The notes beneath the pieces are model-generated. The model was given only the letters and a program-made list of their open reading frames with translations. It was not told the DNA's origin and did not search any database. Shown here piece by piece: positions 10,278 through 21,289 of a stretch of DNA of 64,000 bases. The stretch's first letter is position 1, and each line of letters starts with the position of its first letter. This DNA is from Gammaproteobacteria bacterium. Lineage in GTDB: Bacteria > Pseudomonadota > Gammaproteobacteria > JBCCGL01. The translations under genes and the position numbers were made by a program. Location: the NCBI GenBank assembly GCA_965277715.1, contig OZ255836.1, positions 1,920,001 through 1,984,000 of the forward strand. Direction: 5' to 3'.

Positions 10278-11036
10278 ATGCTAACCACCCGGTACATCGA
10301 AGCCAACCAGCGCCGCTGTGCCTACGCGCATACGCCAGGTTCTCTTTCAGATCAGCGCCCGGGGTTGTTTTTTCTGGGTGGATTTAACTCGTCGATGCAA
10401 GGACTAAAAGCGATGGCGGTGGAACGCTATTGCCAGGAAAAAGCCATCAGCTTCACGCGTTTCGACTACAGCGGTCACGGGCAATCATCCGGTGAATTTG
10501 CCGATGGCTGCATCAGTGACTGGCTGGCAGACGCATTGACTGTCTTCGATCAAGTGACCGGGGGGCCGCAGATCCTCGTCGGTTCCAGCATGGGCGCCTG
10601 GATCGGCACCTTATTGGCACTGCGACGGGCAGCGCGCACTCGGGGGTTTATCGGCGTGGCATCCGCACTGGATTTCACCCGGCGTTTGGCGCTGGATCAT
10701 CTGAACAAACAACAGCGTAAGGAATTGCAAGCGCAGGGGGAAACCCGCCTACTGTCCTGCTACGACAATGAAACGCCTTATATCATCACGCAGAAACTGA
10801 TCGATGATGGCAATAGGCACTTATTACTAAACCGGCCTATTCCACTGATGGTTCCCGTGCACCTGTTGCACGGCATGAATGACCGGGATATTAGTTGGAA
10901 AACATCAGTGTACTTTGCGCGCTGGTTACAGCATAGCCCCGCAACGCTTACCCTTATCAGGCAGGGTGATCATCGCCTTTCCTCACCACAACACCTTACT
11001 GTTCTCTACCAGGCCATCGATGCGTTTTATAGGTAG
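10278..11036 (+). CDS. Alpha/beta hydrolase (ABHD10-like)
   Basis: RFDYSGHGQS, GSSMG nucleophile elbow, GDHRLS. Confidence 0.88.
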   Translation: MLTTRYIEANQRRCAYAHTPGSLSDQRPGLFFLGGFNSSMQGLKAMAVERYCQEKAISFTRFDYSGHGQSSGEFADGCISDWLADALTVFDQVTGGPQILVGSSMGAWIGTLLALRRAARTRGFIGVASALDFTRRLALDHLNKQQRKELQAQGETRLLSCYDNETPYIITQKLIDDGNRHLLLNRPIPLMVPVHLLHGMNDRDISWKTSVYFARWLQHSPATLTLIRQGDHRLSSPQHLTVLYQAIDAFYR

Positions 11037-11310
11037 AAGGTGTTATTACAAGCTTTACGCTGAATCAACACTTTCAACCCTGATCACTTCCCCAAACCAC
11101 TGAAAATCCCTGGTGTAGCGCCGCACCCGCCAATCGAGCACAAATCGATACCAAAGTGTATCGACAGGTACGCCTTATCTGATTGAGATACCCTTAATCA
11201 CTCACTGACAGTACACTGGTTAATCAGACAATGTACCGGGGGTATAGCCTCATGCTATCAATAATTGACGCCAACCTGTCTTCCACAGCGACAGTTTTCG
11301 CTATAATGCA

Positions 11311-12180
11311 TTGATTAATATAGTGAGATCTTTGATAAAGGCCAACCTGATGCTAAAACCGAAAAACTGGCATCCAGGAGAATTGACTGCGGCGTTATCG
11401 GCAATAGACCATGAGACCGATAACCCGCGCATAAAACCCGATTTTCGAAAACCCGCCATTGCCTTGCTGACAATGGCCTTATGTTTGTTGTTAATCCATT
11501 ACCTTAAATATGCCTCAGTCTTTCAGCAGGTATTGCATGTCGTCTCACAGTGGTACTCAAACGATAATGCCCTGTTCGATAACGTAATAAGCAGCCAATG
11601 GTTTCAACTATATCAGCAAGCCTGGTGGGCCTCATGGCATCTGATAGGGTATGTACTCATTCCCTGGGGTGTTATTCATTGGGCATTTAAAGAAAATCTG
11701 CACGACTATGGTATTGGCCTGGGTGAAACACGCCGCTATATTCCCTATGCGATTGCCTTGGCCTCTCCCATTGTGTTTTTCGCTTTTTTAGTCAGCTTCA
11801 GGCAGGATTTTGCCAACCATTACCCGTTTTACCCGCTGGCTTCACGCAGCATCCTCGACCTTATTCTCTGGGAGTGTTTGTATATCAGCCAGTTTATTGC
11901 GCTTGAATTCTTTTTTCGGGGATTTGTATTACACGCCTGCAAGCCCACATTCGGTGCAAGTGCTATTTTTGTTATGTGTGTACCCTACCTGATGATTCAC
12001 TTTGGCAAGCCCTGGCTAGAGGCGACAGGCGCTATACCCTTTGGTATTTTATTAGGGGTACTGGCATTGCGTTCCCGGTCGATTTGGGGGGGCGCGGGGG
12101 TACATATCACCATTGCACTCAGCATGGATTTTATGGCATTAACACAGGCTGACAAGTTACCTGTTCGCTGGCTCCCATAA
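11311..12180 (+). CDS. CPBP (Abi / CAAX type II) intramembrane glutamic protease; start may be ATG 11350
   Basis: Polytopic protein with EFFFRG, IHFGKP and SIWGGAGVH motifs. Confidence 0.82.
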   Translation: MINIVRSLIKANLMLKPKNWHPGELTAALSAIDHETDNPRIKPDFRKPAIALLTMALCLLLIHYLKYASVFQQVLHVVSQWYSNDNALFDNVISSQWFQLYQQAWWASWHLIGYVLIPWGVIHWAFKENLHDYGIGLGETRRYIPYAIALASPIVFFAFLVSFRQDFANHYPFYPLASRSILDLILWECLYISQFIALEFFFRGFVLHACKPTFGASAIFVMCVPYLMIHFGKPWLEATGAIPFGILLGVLALRSRSIWGGAGVHITIALSMDFMALTQADKLPVRWLP

Positions 12181-12204
12181 CACTGAACCCGGAATTATTT
12201 TACT

Positions 12205-12951
12205 GTGCGAAGAAAACAACTCATCCCGTTTTATTGGTCTACCTTGTTTCTGTGCCTTTTTATCAGTGCTTTTTATGTAGCCTGGATAAGTCTGGCAAAA
12301 CTCAATTTTTTATACCCGCTAGGTTATGCCTTAATTGAAATTGACCAGACAATTACAGAGTTCGCACCGGCTAATTTATATAAAAAACAATTTTCACTCA
12401 CCACACAGGATGAACACATCCGCCTGTTCAATGCCATTGTTAAAGGCATTTTCAATAACGGCGAGGCGTTGGAGGAGATTTATTATCACCAGTCGAATGG
12501 AAAACCAATCGACACATTACTCACACCCGCCGAGATAATTCACCTGAATGATGTTGCAAAACTGATCGGGGTTATTGATGTTGTTGGTGTGATGATGTTA
12601 ATAATCACGTTTCTATTACTCATTCTTACTGCCTGGAAAAAATGGCAGCGCTTCTCTCTTTACAAATACCATTTGGGTGGGATATTACTACTAAGTGGTA
12701 TCATATTTTTAATTGTTGTTACCGGCGCAGAAAAGGTATTTTACGCAGCACACACATGGTTTTTCCCCGACGACCATCAATGGTTTTTTTATTACCAGGA
12801 ATCATTGATGACAACACTAATGAAAGCGCCGGATTTATTCGCGGTTATTGCCATAGAATTACTGGTGTTAGCCCTGTTTTTTTACGCAATAGCACTATGG
12901 GTGCTATGTAAAATGTACCCTGTTCACAATCGAAACGGGCACGCTCCTTAA
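12205..12951 (+). CDS. DUF1461 / Lit-like integral membrane protein
   Basis: TM, soluble cap, further TMs; EIIHLNDV and HTWFFP..QWFF..ESLM motifs. Confidence 0.7.
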   Translation: MRRKQLIPFYWSTLFLCLFISAFYVAWISLAKLNFLYPLGYALIEIDQTITEFAPANLYKKQFSLTTQDEHIRLFNAIVKGIFNNGEALEEIYYHQSNGKPIDTLLTPAEIIHLNDVAKLIGVIDVVGVMMLIITFLLLILTAWKKWQRFSLYKYHLGGILLLSGIIFLIVVTGAEKVFYAAHTWFFPDDHQWFFYYQESLMTTLMKAPDLFAVIAIELLVLALFFYAIALWVLCKMYPVHNRNGHAP

Positions 12952-13133
12952 CTGTCTATTGAACCAATAACAATTTGCGACAATATAAACAAAAACAATA
13001 ACCCTAAGGCCGCACCCACCACATAAAAGACAGCCTGTAGTGTTTTGGCCATCACACCGTCCTTTGGCAATAGCCACGCTATTAACAAACACACGGCAAT
13101 ACCTATCAGGATAAATAGAATCTGCCGGATCAC
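12948..13133 (-). CDS. Small two-TM hypothetical protein
   Basis: 61-aa hydrophobic ORF directly downstream of thrC on the same strand. Confidence 0.5.
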   Translation of the reverse strand: MIRQILFILIGIAVCLLIAWLLPKDGVMAKTLQAVFYVVGAALGLLFLFILSQIVIGSIDS

Positions 13134-13153
13134 GATATTTTTGCCAACACCAT

Positions 13154-14227
13154 TTACTTCATATTACCGAGGATAGCATCACGCACCGAGGCAAGCGTGG
13201 CGTCAACACTCAACATCGGCGCGCTACTCTGGGCGATGGCGACATCCGGGTCTTTTAGCCCATGCCCTGTCAGGGTACACACCACCCTGCTACCGGCGGG
13301 AATTTTGCCACTGTGCAAATCGCGCAACGCGCCCGCCACCGAAATGGCCGATGCAGGCTCACAGAAAATACCCTCGCGCTCGGCCAACAGCTTTTGTGTG
13401 GCGAGAATATCCTCATCGCTGAATTCATCAAACCACCCATGTGATTGTTCGATGGCGTTCACCGCCTTATCCCAGCTCTGTGGGTTGCCAATGCGTATTG
13501 CCGTGGCGACTGTTTCCGGGGTCATTACTGGCTGACCGCGCAAAAAGGGCGCGGCACCTGCCGCCTGATAACCCAGCATGACGGGCCGTGAAATGGCAAT
13601 GTCTTTTTCGTAGTATTCGCTATACCCCATCCAATAAGCGCTAATATTACCGGCATTACCTACCGGCAGGCAGTGATAGTCTGGCGCCTCGTTCAATTCA
13701 TCGACAATTTCAAATGCAGCCGTTTTTTGCCCCTGCAACCGGTACGGGTTGATTGAATTGACGATTGAAACAGGTGCCTGTTCAGCCACTTCCTTGACCA
13801 GCCGCATACCATCGTCAAAATTACCCTTAATCTGAATCACCACGGCGCCGTGCATCATCGCCTGGGCCAGTTTGCCCATAGCGATCTTGCCCTCAGGAAT
13901 CAACACAAACGCCGCCATCCGGGCGCGCACCGCGTAGGCGGCGGCGGCGGCGGATGTATTGCCAGTAGAGGCACAGATGACCGCCCTGGAACCGGCTTCA
14001 TGGGCTTTGGTGATCGCCATTGTCATGCCACGGTCTTTGAAAGAGCCGGTGGGATTCAAACCTTCATATTTGATATAGAGTTCGGCATCGACCCCCTTAT
14101 CACCGGGAATATTATGCAGTTTGATCAACGGGGTATTGCCCTCCCCCAAACTCACAACAGGTGTATCTGCCGTGACGGGTAGCCACCCTCGGTAGCGCTC
14201 AATTAACCCTGTATATCTATTGCCCAT
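13154..14227 (-). CDS. thrC: Threonine synthase (short type)
   Basis: EGLNPTGSFKDRG PLP lysine, CASTGNTS, PVGNAGN, TGHGLKD. Confidence 0.96.
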   Translation of the reverse strand: MGNRYTGLIERYRGWLPVTADTPVVSLGEGNTPLIKLHNIPGDKGVDAELYIKYEGLNPTGSFKDRGMTMAITKAHEAGSRAVICASTGNTSAAAAAYAVRARMAAFVLIPEGKIAMGKLAQAMMHGAVVIQIKGNFDDGMRLVKEVAEQAPVSIVNSINPYRLQGQKTAAFEIVDELNEAPDYHCLPVGNAGNISAYWMGYSEYYEKDIAISRPVMLGYQAAGAAPFLRGQPVMTPETVATAIRIGNPQSWDKAVNAIEQSHGWFDEFSDEDILATQKLLAEREGIFCEPASAISVAGALRDLHSGKIPAGSRVVCTLTGHGLKDPDVAIAQSSAPMLSVDATLASVRDAILGNMK

Positions 14228-14284
14228 AAAACTGTTCCGGTTGATTTTAACGGTGTTTTAGAAAGTAAGTACTCTAGTATGACC

Positions 14285-15595
14285 CTATGCCAGCGACTCG
14301 ACGCGAATGCGTACCACATCACCTATTATCGATGGCAGCCCGGCCAACAATGCAATGGCGTTATTGACATCACCCTCTTTGACCTTATGCGTCAGCAAAA
14401 TAATCGGTACCGAGGTGCTGTCAGCCGCCGGTTCCTTTTGTAACATGGCTTCAATACTGATATTGCAGTCACTCAGTATACGGGTTACATCCGCCATGAC
14501 ACCGACGCGATCATCAACCTGTAAACGTAAATAATAAGCAGTCTCGACATTTTCCATCGGCAGTATTGGTCGGTCAGAGAGCGCATCCGCCTGAAAAGCC
14601 AGGTGAGGTACACGGTTTTCAGGATCGGCTGTCAGCGTGCGCACTACATCGACAATATCGGCGACCACTGCTGAAGCGGTCGGCTCTGAACCGGCGCCCG
14701 CACCGTAGTAGAGTGTCGGCCCCACGGCATCACTGTTAACCAATACAGCATTCATCACACCGTTGACATTGGCGATAAGCCGACACGCCGGAATCAAGGT
14801 AGGGTGTACCCGTAACTCAACGCCTGCCGGTGTCTGCCGGGCGATACCCAGATGTTTAATGCGATAGCCAAGTTGATCTGCGTATTCAACATCCACCCGG
14901 TTCACCGCGCTGATACCCTCGGTGTAAACCGCATCAAATTGCAGTGGAATACCAAACGCTATCGAGGCGAGAATGGTTAATTTATGCGCTGCATCGATGC
15001 CTTCAACATCAAAGGTAGGGTCGGCTTCGGCATAGCCTAACGCCTGTGCCTCGGTGAGCACATCGGTAAAATCACGGCCCTTCTCACGCATTTCAGTCAG
15101 AATAAAGTTACCGGTGCCATTGATAATCCCGGCCAGCCAATGGATGCGGTTACCCGATAGCCCCTCGCGAATGGCTTTGATCACCGGAATACCGCCTGCC
15201 ACAGCCGCTTCAAATGCCACCATGACGCCTTTTTTCTGCGCCGCCTTGAAAATTTCATTGCCGTGCAGCGCAATCAGCGCCTTATTAGCGGTAACGACGT
15301 GCTTGCCATTTTCTATTGCCGATAACACCAGGCTGCGCGCCGGTTCGTACCCGCCCATCAATTCGACGACAATATCGATATCCGGGTCATTGACCAATGC
15401 CTCCGGTTCCGTGGTCAACTCAAGCCCTGCATACCCCAGCGCCCGCGCCTTATCGGGATTGCGGATAGCAGCACAGCGGATAACGACACCCCGCCCTGCA
15501 CGGCGGGTGATCTCTTGTGCATTGCGTTGCAACACTGACCAGGTTCCCTGGCCAACGGTGCCCAACCCAAGTAAGCCGATTTTTACCGGTTTCAA
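14285..15595 (-). CDS. hom: Homoserine dehydrogenase with ACT domain
   Basis: GLGTVG, VVTANKA, EAAVAGGIP, GYAEADP; TTG start at 15595 behind a GGAGG-like RBS. Confidence 0.96.
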   Translation of the reverse strand: MKPVKIGLLGLGTVGQGTWSVLQRNAQEITRRAGRGVVIRCAAIRNPDKARALGYAGLELTTEPEALVNDPDIDIVVELMGGYEPARSLVLSAIENGKHVVTANKALIALHGNEIFKAAQKKGVMVAFEAAVAGGIPVIKAIREGLSGNRIHWLAGIINGTGNFILTEMREKGRDFTDVLTEAQALGYAEADPTFDVEGIDAAHKLTILASIAFGIPLQFDAVYTEGISAVNRVDVEYADQLGYRIKHLGIARQTPAGVELRVHPTLIPACRLIANVNGVMNAVLVNSDAVGPTLYYGAGAGSEPTASAVVADIVDVVRTLTADPENRVPHLAFQADALSDRPILPMENVETAYYLRLQVDDRVGVMADVTRILSDCNISIEAMLQKEPAADSTSVPIILLTHKVKEGDVNNAIALLAGLPSIIGDVVRIRVESLA

Positions 15596-15711
15596 TGAAA
15601 TGCCTCCCAGAGGTAATGAGGGCGTACTAAAAGGGTGTAAATACACCCGTTTTATCGCTGCCTCATTGGTGATGTGCAAAATTCCGCTATTATATCGGGT
15701 TAATAAGGCAG

Positions 15712-16095
15712 ATGGCAGAGACGATGCAATTTAACCTAGAAAAAGGCGGGAACGGCAATGTAATCCAGCGGCACACGCCGGGTGCAGTGACAATTGACAA
15801 TCAGTGTTACCAAACGAGTTTGATCGTTTTCCCTGACAGAATAATCGATAACTGGCCCATTAGCCGTGTAGCGGCACTGAGTATACCGGCCCTTCAGGCT
15901 GTTATTGATGCAAAGCCTGAAGTGTTTTTACTGGGTACAGGTGACACCCAGATTTTTCCGCCCATTGCGTTGCTGGGTGAGCTGGCGCGTATCAACCGCA
16001 GTGTCGATGTAATGGATACCGCCGCCGCATGCCGCACATACAATGTATTGGTTTCAGAATTTCGGCAGGTAGTGGTTGCGCTGATATTGCCGTAG
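15712..16095 (+). CDS. Mth938-like (DUF498) protein
   Basis: LLGTG and MDTAAACRTYNVL motifs. Confidence 0.88.
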   Translation: MAETMQFNLEKGGNGNVIQRHTPGAVTIDNQCYQTSLIVFPDRIIDNWPISRVAALSIPALQAVIDAKPEVFLLGTGDTQIFPPIALLGELARINRSVDVMDTAAACRTYNVLVSEFRQVVVALILP

Positions 16096-16113
16096 AGCAA
16101 TAAATCGATAGAC

Positions 16114-16147
16114 CAACACCTGGCCAATACCTATTGGCCAGGTGTTG
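16114..16147. terminator. Long stem-loop between convergent genes, probable terminator
   Basis: CAACACCTGGCCAATA-CC-TATTGGCCAGGTGTTG is a perfect 16-bp inverted repeat; no clear U-tract. Confidence 0.65.
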
Positions 16148-16154
16148 AAACAAT

Positions 16155-17150
16155 TCAGGCGAAAAAAATCGATTCCCTCGAAAAGCCACTGCTTTCAAGA
16201 ATACGCCGCAACCGCCTAAGCGCCTCCATCTGGATCTGGCGTACACGCTCACGCGTCACCCCCAACTCTCTACCGACATCCTCCAGGGTAGAGCGCTCGT
16301 GGCCGTGTAAACCAAACCGACGCACCACCACCTCACGCTGTTTGGTTTCAAGCTCACCCAACCAGTTATCGATATTGGCGTTTACATTGGCGTTTTGCAG
16401 TTCGATGGAAGGGTCGAGATTGTAATCATCCGGGATAATTTCCAGCAGCGCTTTATCCCCTCCCTCACCGATAGGAATATCCACAGATGTAACGCGGTCT
16501 TTCAGACCCAATAAACGTTTCACATCCGCGACAGGTCTGTCTAATAGATTCGCTATTTCATCCGGTGTGGGTTCATGTTCGAGGGTTTGCTCTAAACGCC
16601 TCGCCGCCTTGAGGTAGATGTTCATTTCCTTGATGATGTGGATAGGCAAACGAATAGTGCGCGTGTGGTTCATCAAGCCGCGCTCAATGGTCTGACGAAT
16701 CCACCAGGTCGCGTAAGTCGAAAACCGAAACCCACGCTCGGGATCAAACTTCTCCACCGCATGAATTAAACCGAGATTACCTTCCTCAATAAGGTCCAGC
16801 AACGCCAATCCCCGATTCATATAACGACGGGAGATTTTTACCACCAAACGTAAATTGCACTCGATCATTTTGACCCTGGCAGGCTCATCGCCTTTTTGCG
16901 CAAGGCGCGAGTAGTATTTTTCCTCATCGGCCGTTAATAAGGGGGAAAATTCAATTTCTTTCAAGTAAATCCGCGTGGCATCCATCTCTCTTCGGGAAAC
17001 CCGGCCCACACTAAACCGGGTCTTTCCATCAGGTGCATTTGTGTTAGTGGGTTTACTTTTAGGTAGCTCCGAAGGCAGGGTTAATGCTTGAGTATTCTCT
17101 TCTTCGTCACAATCAGTTACATCCAGTTCTGCAAGGTTGGTGTTAGCCAT
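16155..17150 (-). CDS. rpoS: RNA polymerase sigma factor RpoS
   Basis: [49 protein letters not shown]; downstream of nlpD. Confidence 0.95.
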   Translation of the reverse strand: MANTNLAELDVTDCDEEENTQALTLPSELPKSKPTNTNAPDGKTRFSVGRVSRREMDATRIYLKEIEFSPLLTADEEKYYSRLAQKGDEPARVKMIECNLRLVVKISRRYMNRGLALLDLIEEGNLGLIHAVEKFDPERGFRFSTYATWWIRQTIERGLMNHTRTIRLPIHIIKEMNIYLKAARRLEQTLEHEPTPDEIANLLDRPVADVKRLLGLKDRVTSVDIPIGEGGDKALLEIIPDDYNLDPSIELQNANVNANIDNWLGELETKQREVVVRRFGLHGHERSTLEDVGRELGVTRERVRQIQMEALRRLRRILESSGFSRESIFFA

Positions 17151-17213
17151 TATTTAGTTATCCCGGTTCGAGCCTATACCGAACACAACCCGCATAGCGA
17201 GTGTTATCGTCAT

Positions 17214-17240
17214 ATATCGGCCAGGAAGTTATAGCGTTTA
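17214..17240 (-). promoter_or_regulatory. Putative sigma28 (FliA) promoter upstream of rpoS
   Basis: Minus strand TAAA-cgctataacttcctg (15 nt)-GCCGATAT versus consensus TAAA-N15-GCCGATAA. Confidence 0.6.
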
Positions 17241-17457
17241 AGAGAAATTCAGTGAAAAATCACACTAATCTGTCAATAATTTGGCGATTTCAGTCAAATA
17301 ACCGACACATGACTTGAGAATCATCAAAAAAATGACACAAGCCCGTGCCCTCTTTTCCAAAAATCACTTAAATTCAACAACTTCCTGTATGGTTTTTATT
17401 AGTGGTTTTTATCCGATAGGGACAGCAGCAGGTTTTGTGCCAAAAAAATGAGGCGAG

Positions 17458-18237
17458 TCAACGGGTTGGAAGGTATTTAAGCGGATCGACAGGTTTGCCG
17501 TTTTTACGAATTTCAAAATGGAGTTTGGCAACACCCTGGTTGCTGAGGCCGATCCTGGCAATGGCTTGTCCGGTTTTTACTGTATCACCTTCCTTAACCA
17601 GTAATTTGCTATTGTGTGCGTAGGCGCTCAAAAAAATTTCACTGTGCTTAATAATGATTAATCGGCCGTAAGTGCGTAAGCCACTGCCACTATAGACGAC
17701 CTTACCGCCAAGCGATGCCAACACCGTTGCACCTTTAACACCTTTTATATCGATACCCTGGCGGTCGATTGCCGACGCAGAGAAGCGCGACAATAATTTG
17801 CCCTTAGTGGGCCATTGCCAACGGCTATTAGTGGCGATAGGTTTGGGTTTAACCGCTGACCGGGTGTTCTTTTTTGCCGGTATATTTTTTTTCGGGGGAG
17901 CCGTTTTTTTCGACTTTGCAGATGAGGTGTTGGCAGTCGAGGATTTACCTGAATTTTGCCGTTTATCTGTTTGATTAGGCTTGAGTGCACCACGAATAGC
18001 CAGTTTTTGCCCTGGGTAGATGGTGTAAGGCGCCGACAATTTATTCCAGCGGATCACATCGCGAAAATCCTGGCCGTGGCGCCAGGAAATTGAATATACC
18101 GTGTCACCACGCTTGACCGTGTACACACCCGGCTTGAAATTGCCTTCAAATATCGGTGTGCTGCGAGCGCAGGCAACGATACTCACAACCAGAGCGAACA
18201 GCAAACACATCCGTGGCAATTTCAGCAATGCATTCAT
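17458..18237 (-). CDS. nlpD: Lipoprotein NlpD (LysM + M23)
   Basis: Lipobox IVAC, LysM YTVKRGDT, YAHN and LHFEIR; between yqaA and rpoS. Confidence 0.92.
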   Translation of the reverse strand: MNALLKLPRMCLLFALVVSIVACARSTPIFEGNFKPGVYTVKRGDTVYSISWRHGQDFRDVIRWNKLSAPYTIYPGQKLAIRGALKPNQTDKRQNSGKSSTANTSSAKSKKTAPPKKNIPAKKNTRSAVKPKPIATNSRWQWPTKGKLLSRFSASAIDRQGIDIKGVKGATVLASLGGKVVYSGSGLRTYGRLIIIKHSEIFLSAYAHNSKLLVKEGDTVKTGQAIARIGLSNQGVAKLHFEIRKNGKPVDPLKYLPTR

Positions 18238-18242
18238 CTGCG

Positions 18243-18818
18243 TTATCGTGCCGTGTAATAAATAACAATTGCGGTAAAGAGTAAAACAGTGACCCAACCC
18301 AGCCATTCAATATACTTTCGAACAACTGGCTCCAGTTTTGGGCCAAACACCGCCACAACTTTTGCCACCAGATAAAACCGTGCCCCACGGGCGACCAGCG
18401 AGGCAAACACAAAAGGTAGCAACCCCAACGACAATGCCCCCGCTGCAACAGTGAATAACTTATAAGGCAATGGTGAAAACCCAGCAATAAAAATCACCCA
18501 AAAGCCCCACTGATCAAACCACCCAATAATCCGTTGATATTTTGCCCAATAACCCAATTCGTGTAGCCAGGGTGCCAACAACTCAAACCCATAGCTCCCT
18601 AGAAAATAACCGACCAGACCACCGGCAACGGATGCAACAGTCGTTAGCAGAGCCAGATAGAACGCACGCTTAGGTGAACGCAATACAATCGGCACCAACA
18701 TAACATCTGTTGGAATGGGAAAGAAAATCGACTCCGAGAAACTAAATAACAACAAAATCCTTACCGCATAGCGGTGCTCAGCCCAAGCCAGAACACGGTT
18801 ATAAAGCGATTCAAACAT
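18243..18818 (-). CDS. yqaA: YqaA / DedA family membrane protein
   Basis: ESIFFPIPTD, GFSPLPYKLF. Confidence 0.88.
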   Translation of the reverse strand: MFESLYNRVLAWAEHRYAVRILLLFSFSESIFFPIPTDVMLVPIVLRSPKRAFYLALLTTVASVAGGLVGYFLGSYGFELLAPWLHELGYWAKYQRIIGWFDQWGFWVIFIAGFSPLPYKLFTVAAGALSLGLLPFVFASLVARGARFYLVAKVVAVFGPKLEPVVRKYIEWLGWVTVLLFTAIVIYYTAR

Positions 18819-18821
18819 AAC

Positions 18822-19499
18822 TCAAGCGCTGACTTTGCCAGGTAAAAAAGGGACAAAGTTAACGCTTTCAACCATTTTTTGTACATACCCATCGGATTGC
18901 CGAAGCACCTGTAACAGCGACTGTGCCTCGCCCTGCCTGCCAACCGGGATGATCAGCTTACCGCCTATCGCCAGTTGATCGAGTAGCGAACCGGGGATAC
19001 TTTCCGGGGCGGCGGTCACCACAATGGCATCATACGGTGCGTGTACCTGCCAACCCCACCCACCATCGGCATTATTGGTTTTAATGTTGTTATATTTAAG
19101 CGTATAAAACAGCGTGCGGGATTTTTTCAGCAAATCATCAATGCGCTCAACAGTGAACACCTGGGGTACTAACTGGGCTAACAAAGCCGCTTGATACCCT
19201 GACCCCGTACCGACCTCAAGCACCTTATGTGGTATGCCATCCTCCAGTATCGATTGTGTCATTAATGCCACCACATACGGTTGGGAGATAGTCTGGCCGT
19301 GCCCAATGGGCAGGGCAGTATCTTCGTAGGCACGGGTCTCAATCGCCTCATCGACAAATAAATGACGGGGCACGCGTGCCATTGCCGACAAGACACGCTC
19401 ATCGATAATCCCCTTTTCGCGCAACCTATCCACCAACCGCATCCGGGTGCGCTTTGAGGTCATGCCGATACCATCGATTTTCTGTTGCGCTATCATCAT
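18822..19499 (-). CDS. pcm: Protein-L-isoaspartate O-methyltransferase
   Basis: [28 protein letters not shown]. Confidence 0.96.
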   Translation of the reverse strand: MMIAQQKIDGIGMTSKRTRMRLVDRLREKGIIDERVLSAMARVPRHLFVDEAIETRAYEDTALPIGHGQTISQPYVVALMTQSILEDGIPHKVLEVGTGSGYQAALLAQLVPQVFTVERIDDLLKKSRTLFYTLKYNNIKTNNADGGWGWQVHAPYDAIVVTAAPESIPGSLLDQLAIGGKLIIPVGRQGEAQSLLQVLRQSDGYVQKMVESVNFVPFLPGKVSA

Positions 19500-20245
19500 T
19501 CCGCCAACCCCAGCCAGTGGTCGATGCCCTCAAGCGCATCGTGTTTAGTCATATCGATGTGAAGTGGGGTAATGGAAACAAAGCCATTGTTGACGGCGTG
19601 AAAATCGGTGCCTGCCTCCTGGTTATCAACCCTGCCCGGTGGCCCCAGCCAATAAACTTTGTCGCCGCGTGGGTCGTGTGATTCGACAAAGGCACCGGGC
19701 TTATAGCGGCGCCCCAACCGGGTGGCACGCATGCCCTTGAGTTGTTCAATGGGAACATCGGGTATATTGACGTTCAGAACTGTGCCCGCTGGCAATGGGT
19801 TCGCGAGTAATTGTTTGAGCAGGTTTGCCGCGACCAGGCCACCCGTTGCATAGTGGCGTGGTGTATAACTGCTCATTGAAAATGCCACGGCGGGGTAATC
19901 CAGAAAACGCCCTTCGACAGCAGCGGCAACAGTGCCGGAATACAGCACATCGTCCCCCATATTCATCCCGGAGTTGATACCACTCACCACCATATTGGGC
20001 GGCGTATCCAATAGTCCGCCAGTCGCCAGGTGAACACAGTCGGTGGGTGTGCCGTCAACCGCGATAAACCCATTCGCCTGGGTAGTCGCACGCAACGGTT
20101 TGCGCACGGTCAATGCGTGGCTTACAGCACTGCGGTTGCGATCCGGCGCGACCACGACACAATCGGCGAGCCGACATAATGACTGATGAAGCGCCAAAAG
20201 ACCCTCGGCCTGGTGGCCATCATCATTGGAAATCAGTATTTTCAT
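19496..20245 (-). CDS. surE: 5'/3'-nucleotidase SurE
   Basis: [23 protein letters not shown]. Confidence 0.96.
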   Translation of the reverse strand: MKILISNDDGHQAEGLLALHQSLCRLADCVVVAPDRNRSAVSHALTVRKPLRATTQANGFIAVDGTPTDCVHLATGGLLDTPPNMVVSGINSGMNMGDDVLYSGTVAAAVEGRFLDYPAVAFSMSSYTPRHYATGGLVAANLLKQLLANPLPAGTVLNVNIPDVPIEQLKGMRATRLGRRYKPGAFVESHDPRGDKVYWLGPPGRVDNQEAGTDFHAVNNGFVSITPLHIDMTKHDALEGIDHWLGLAE

Positions 20246-20323
20246 TTAACCTGGCAGTGTAGTTTTTTTGCCGTATTTTATCAGGTTGCACACGTTGTAG
20301 GGCGGCTACATAATAGATTCGGC

Positions 20324-21289
20324 ATGATTATCGAAAGTCAATTTAAACCCGCCTGGTGGCTGCGCAACGCGCATGCACAAACACTCTGGTCAGGTTTCTT
20401 CCGCCGCACGCCAACCCCAACCAACCGGCACGAACGACTTGAACTACCAGATGGTGACTTTGTAGACTTGAATTTCTCCGGCGGTGATGCCGATACGCTG
20501 GTCTGTCTCTTTCACGGTTTGCAGGGGTGTATTCATTCACCGTATATTCGCGGCATAATGTCGGCATTGGCACAGCGCGGTTACCGTTCTGTGCTCATGC
20601 ATTTTCGCGGTTGTAGTGGTGTGCCAAATCGGCTGATAAGCAGTTACCACTCAGGCCATACCGATGATATGGCGTATTTATTTTCCACCTTGCGCAAGCG
20701 TTACCCCGCTATAAAGTTATGCGCTATTGGCTACTCTCTGGGTGCAAATGCCCTGTTAAAATATCAAGGCGAGCAGGGCAGTAATTCTCTATTGGATCTG
20801 GCTATCGCAATTTCCCCGCCCTTTTTATTGGCGTCGGGTGCGAATCGAATGAATAAAGGGTTTTCAAGTATTTACCAGTGGCACCTGGTAAATCTGCTAA
20901 AAAAATCGGTGGCGAAAAAAATGGCTTTATTGGATAACTATCCCGTCAAACAGGATGATGTAAAGCGTGTGCGCAGTTTCTGGGAATTTGATAACGTGGT
21001 CACCGCACCATTGCACGGTTTTAGTGGCGTGGATGAATATTACCAAAAATCGAGTTGCCGACAGTATTTGCGCTCGATTTACCGGGCTACACATATTATC
21101 CATGCACTGGATGATCCTTTATTTGATGAGCACATGATTCCAGGCGCTTTGGAATTATCCAGTTCGGTCACACTGGAGTTATCACAATACGGGGGGCATA
21201 TCGGGTTTATCGATGGCAACTTTCCAGGGCAGCCTGGCTATTGGCTCGATAGGCAGTTATGTCATTTACTGGACGTGCATTACCGATAA
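20324..21289 (+). CDS. YheT-family alpha/beta hydrolase
   Basis: NAHAQTL, FRGCSG, YHSG, GYSLG, GGHIGF; ATG 20324 preferred. Confidence 0.88.
   Translation: MIIESQFKPAWWLRNAHAQTLWSGFFRRTPTPTNRHERLELPDGDFVDLNFSGGDADTLVCLFHGLQGCIHSPYIRGIMSALAQRGYRSVLMHFRGCSGVPNRLISSYHSGHTDDMAYLFSTLRKRYPAIKLCAIGYSLGANALLKYQGEQGSNSLLDLAIAISPPFLLASGANRMNKGFSSIYQWHLVNLLKKSVAKKMALLDNYPVKQDDVKRVRSFWEFDNVVTAPLHGFSGVDEYYQKSSCRQYLRSIYRATHIIHALDDPLFDEHMIPGALELSSSVTLELSQYGGHIGFIDGNFPGQPGYWLDRQLCHLLDVHYR

Noticed and set aside
11100-11310. Small hairpins upstream of the CPBP gene as a possible ncRNA
   Set aside because: Stems are only about 7 bp and match no family I can recognise
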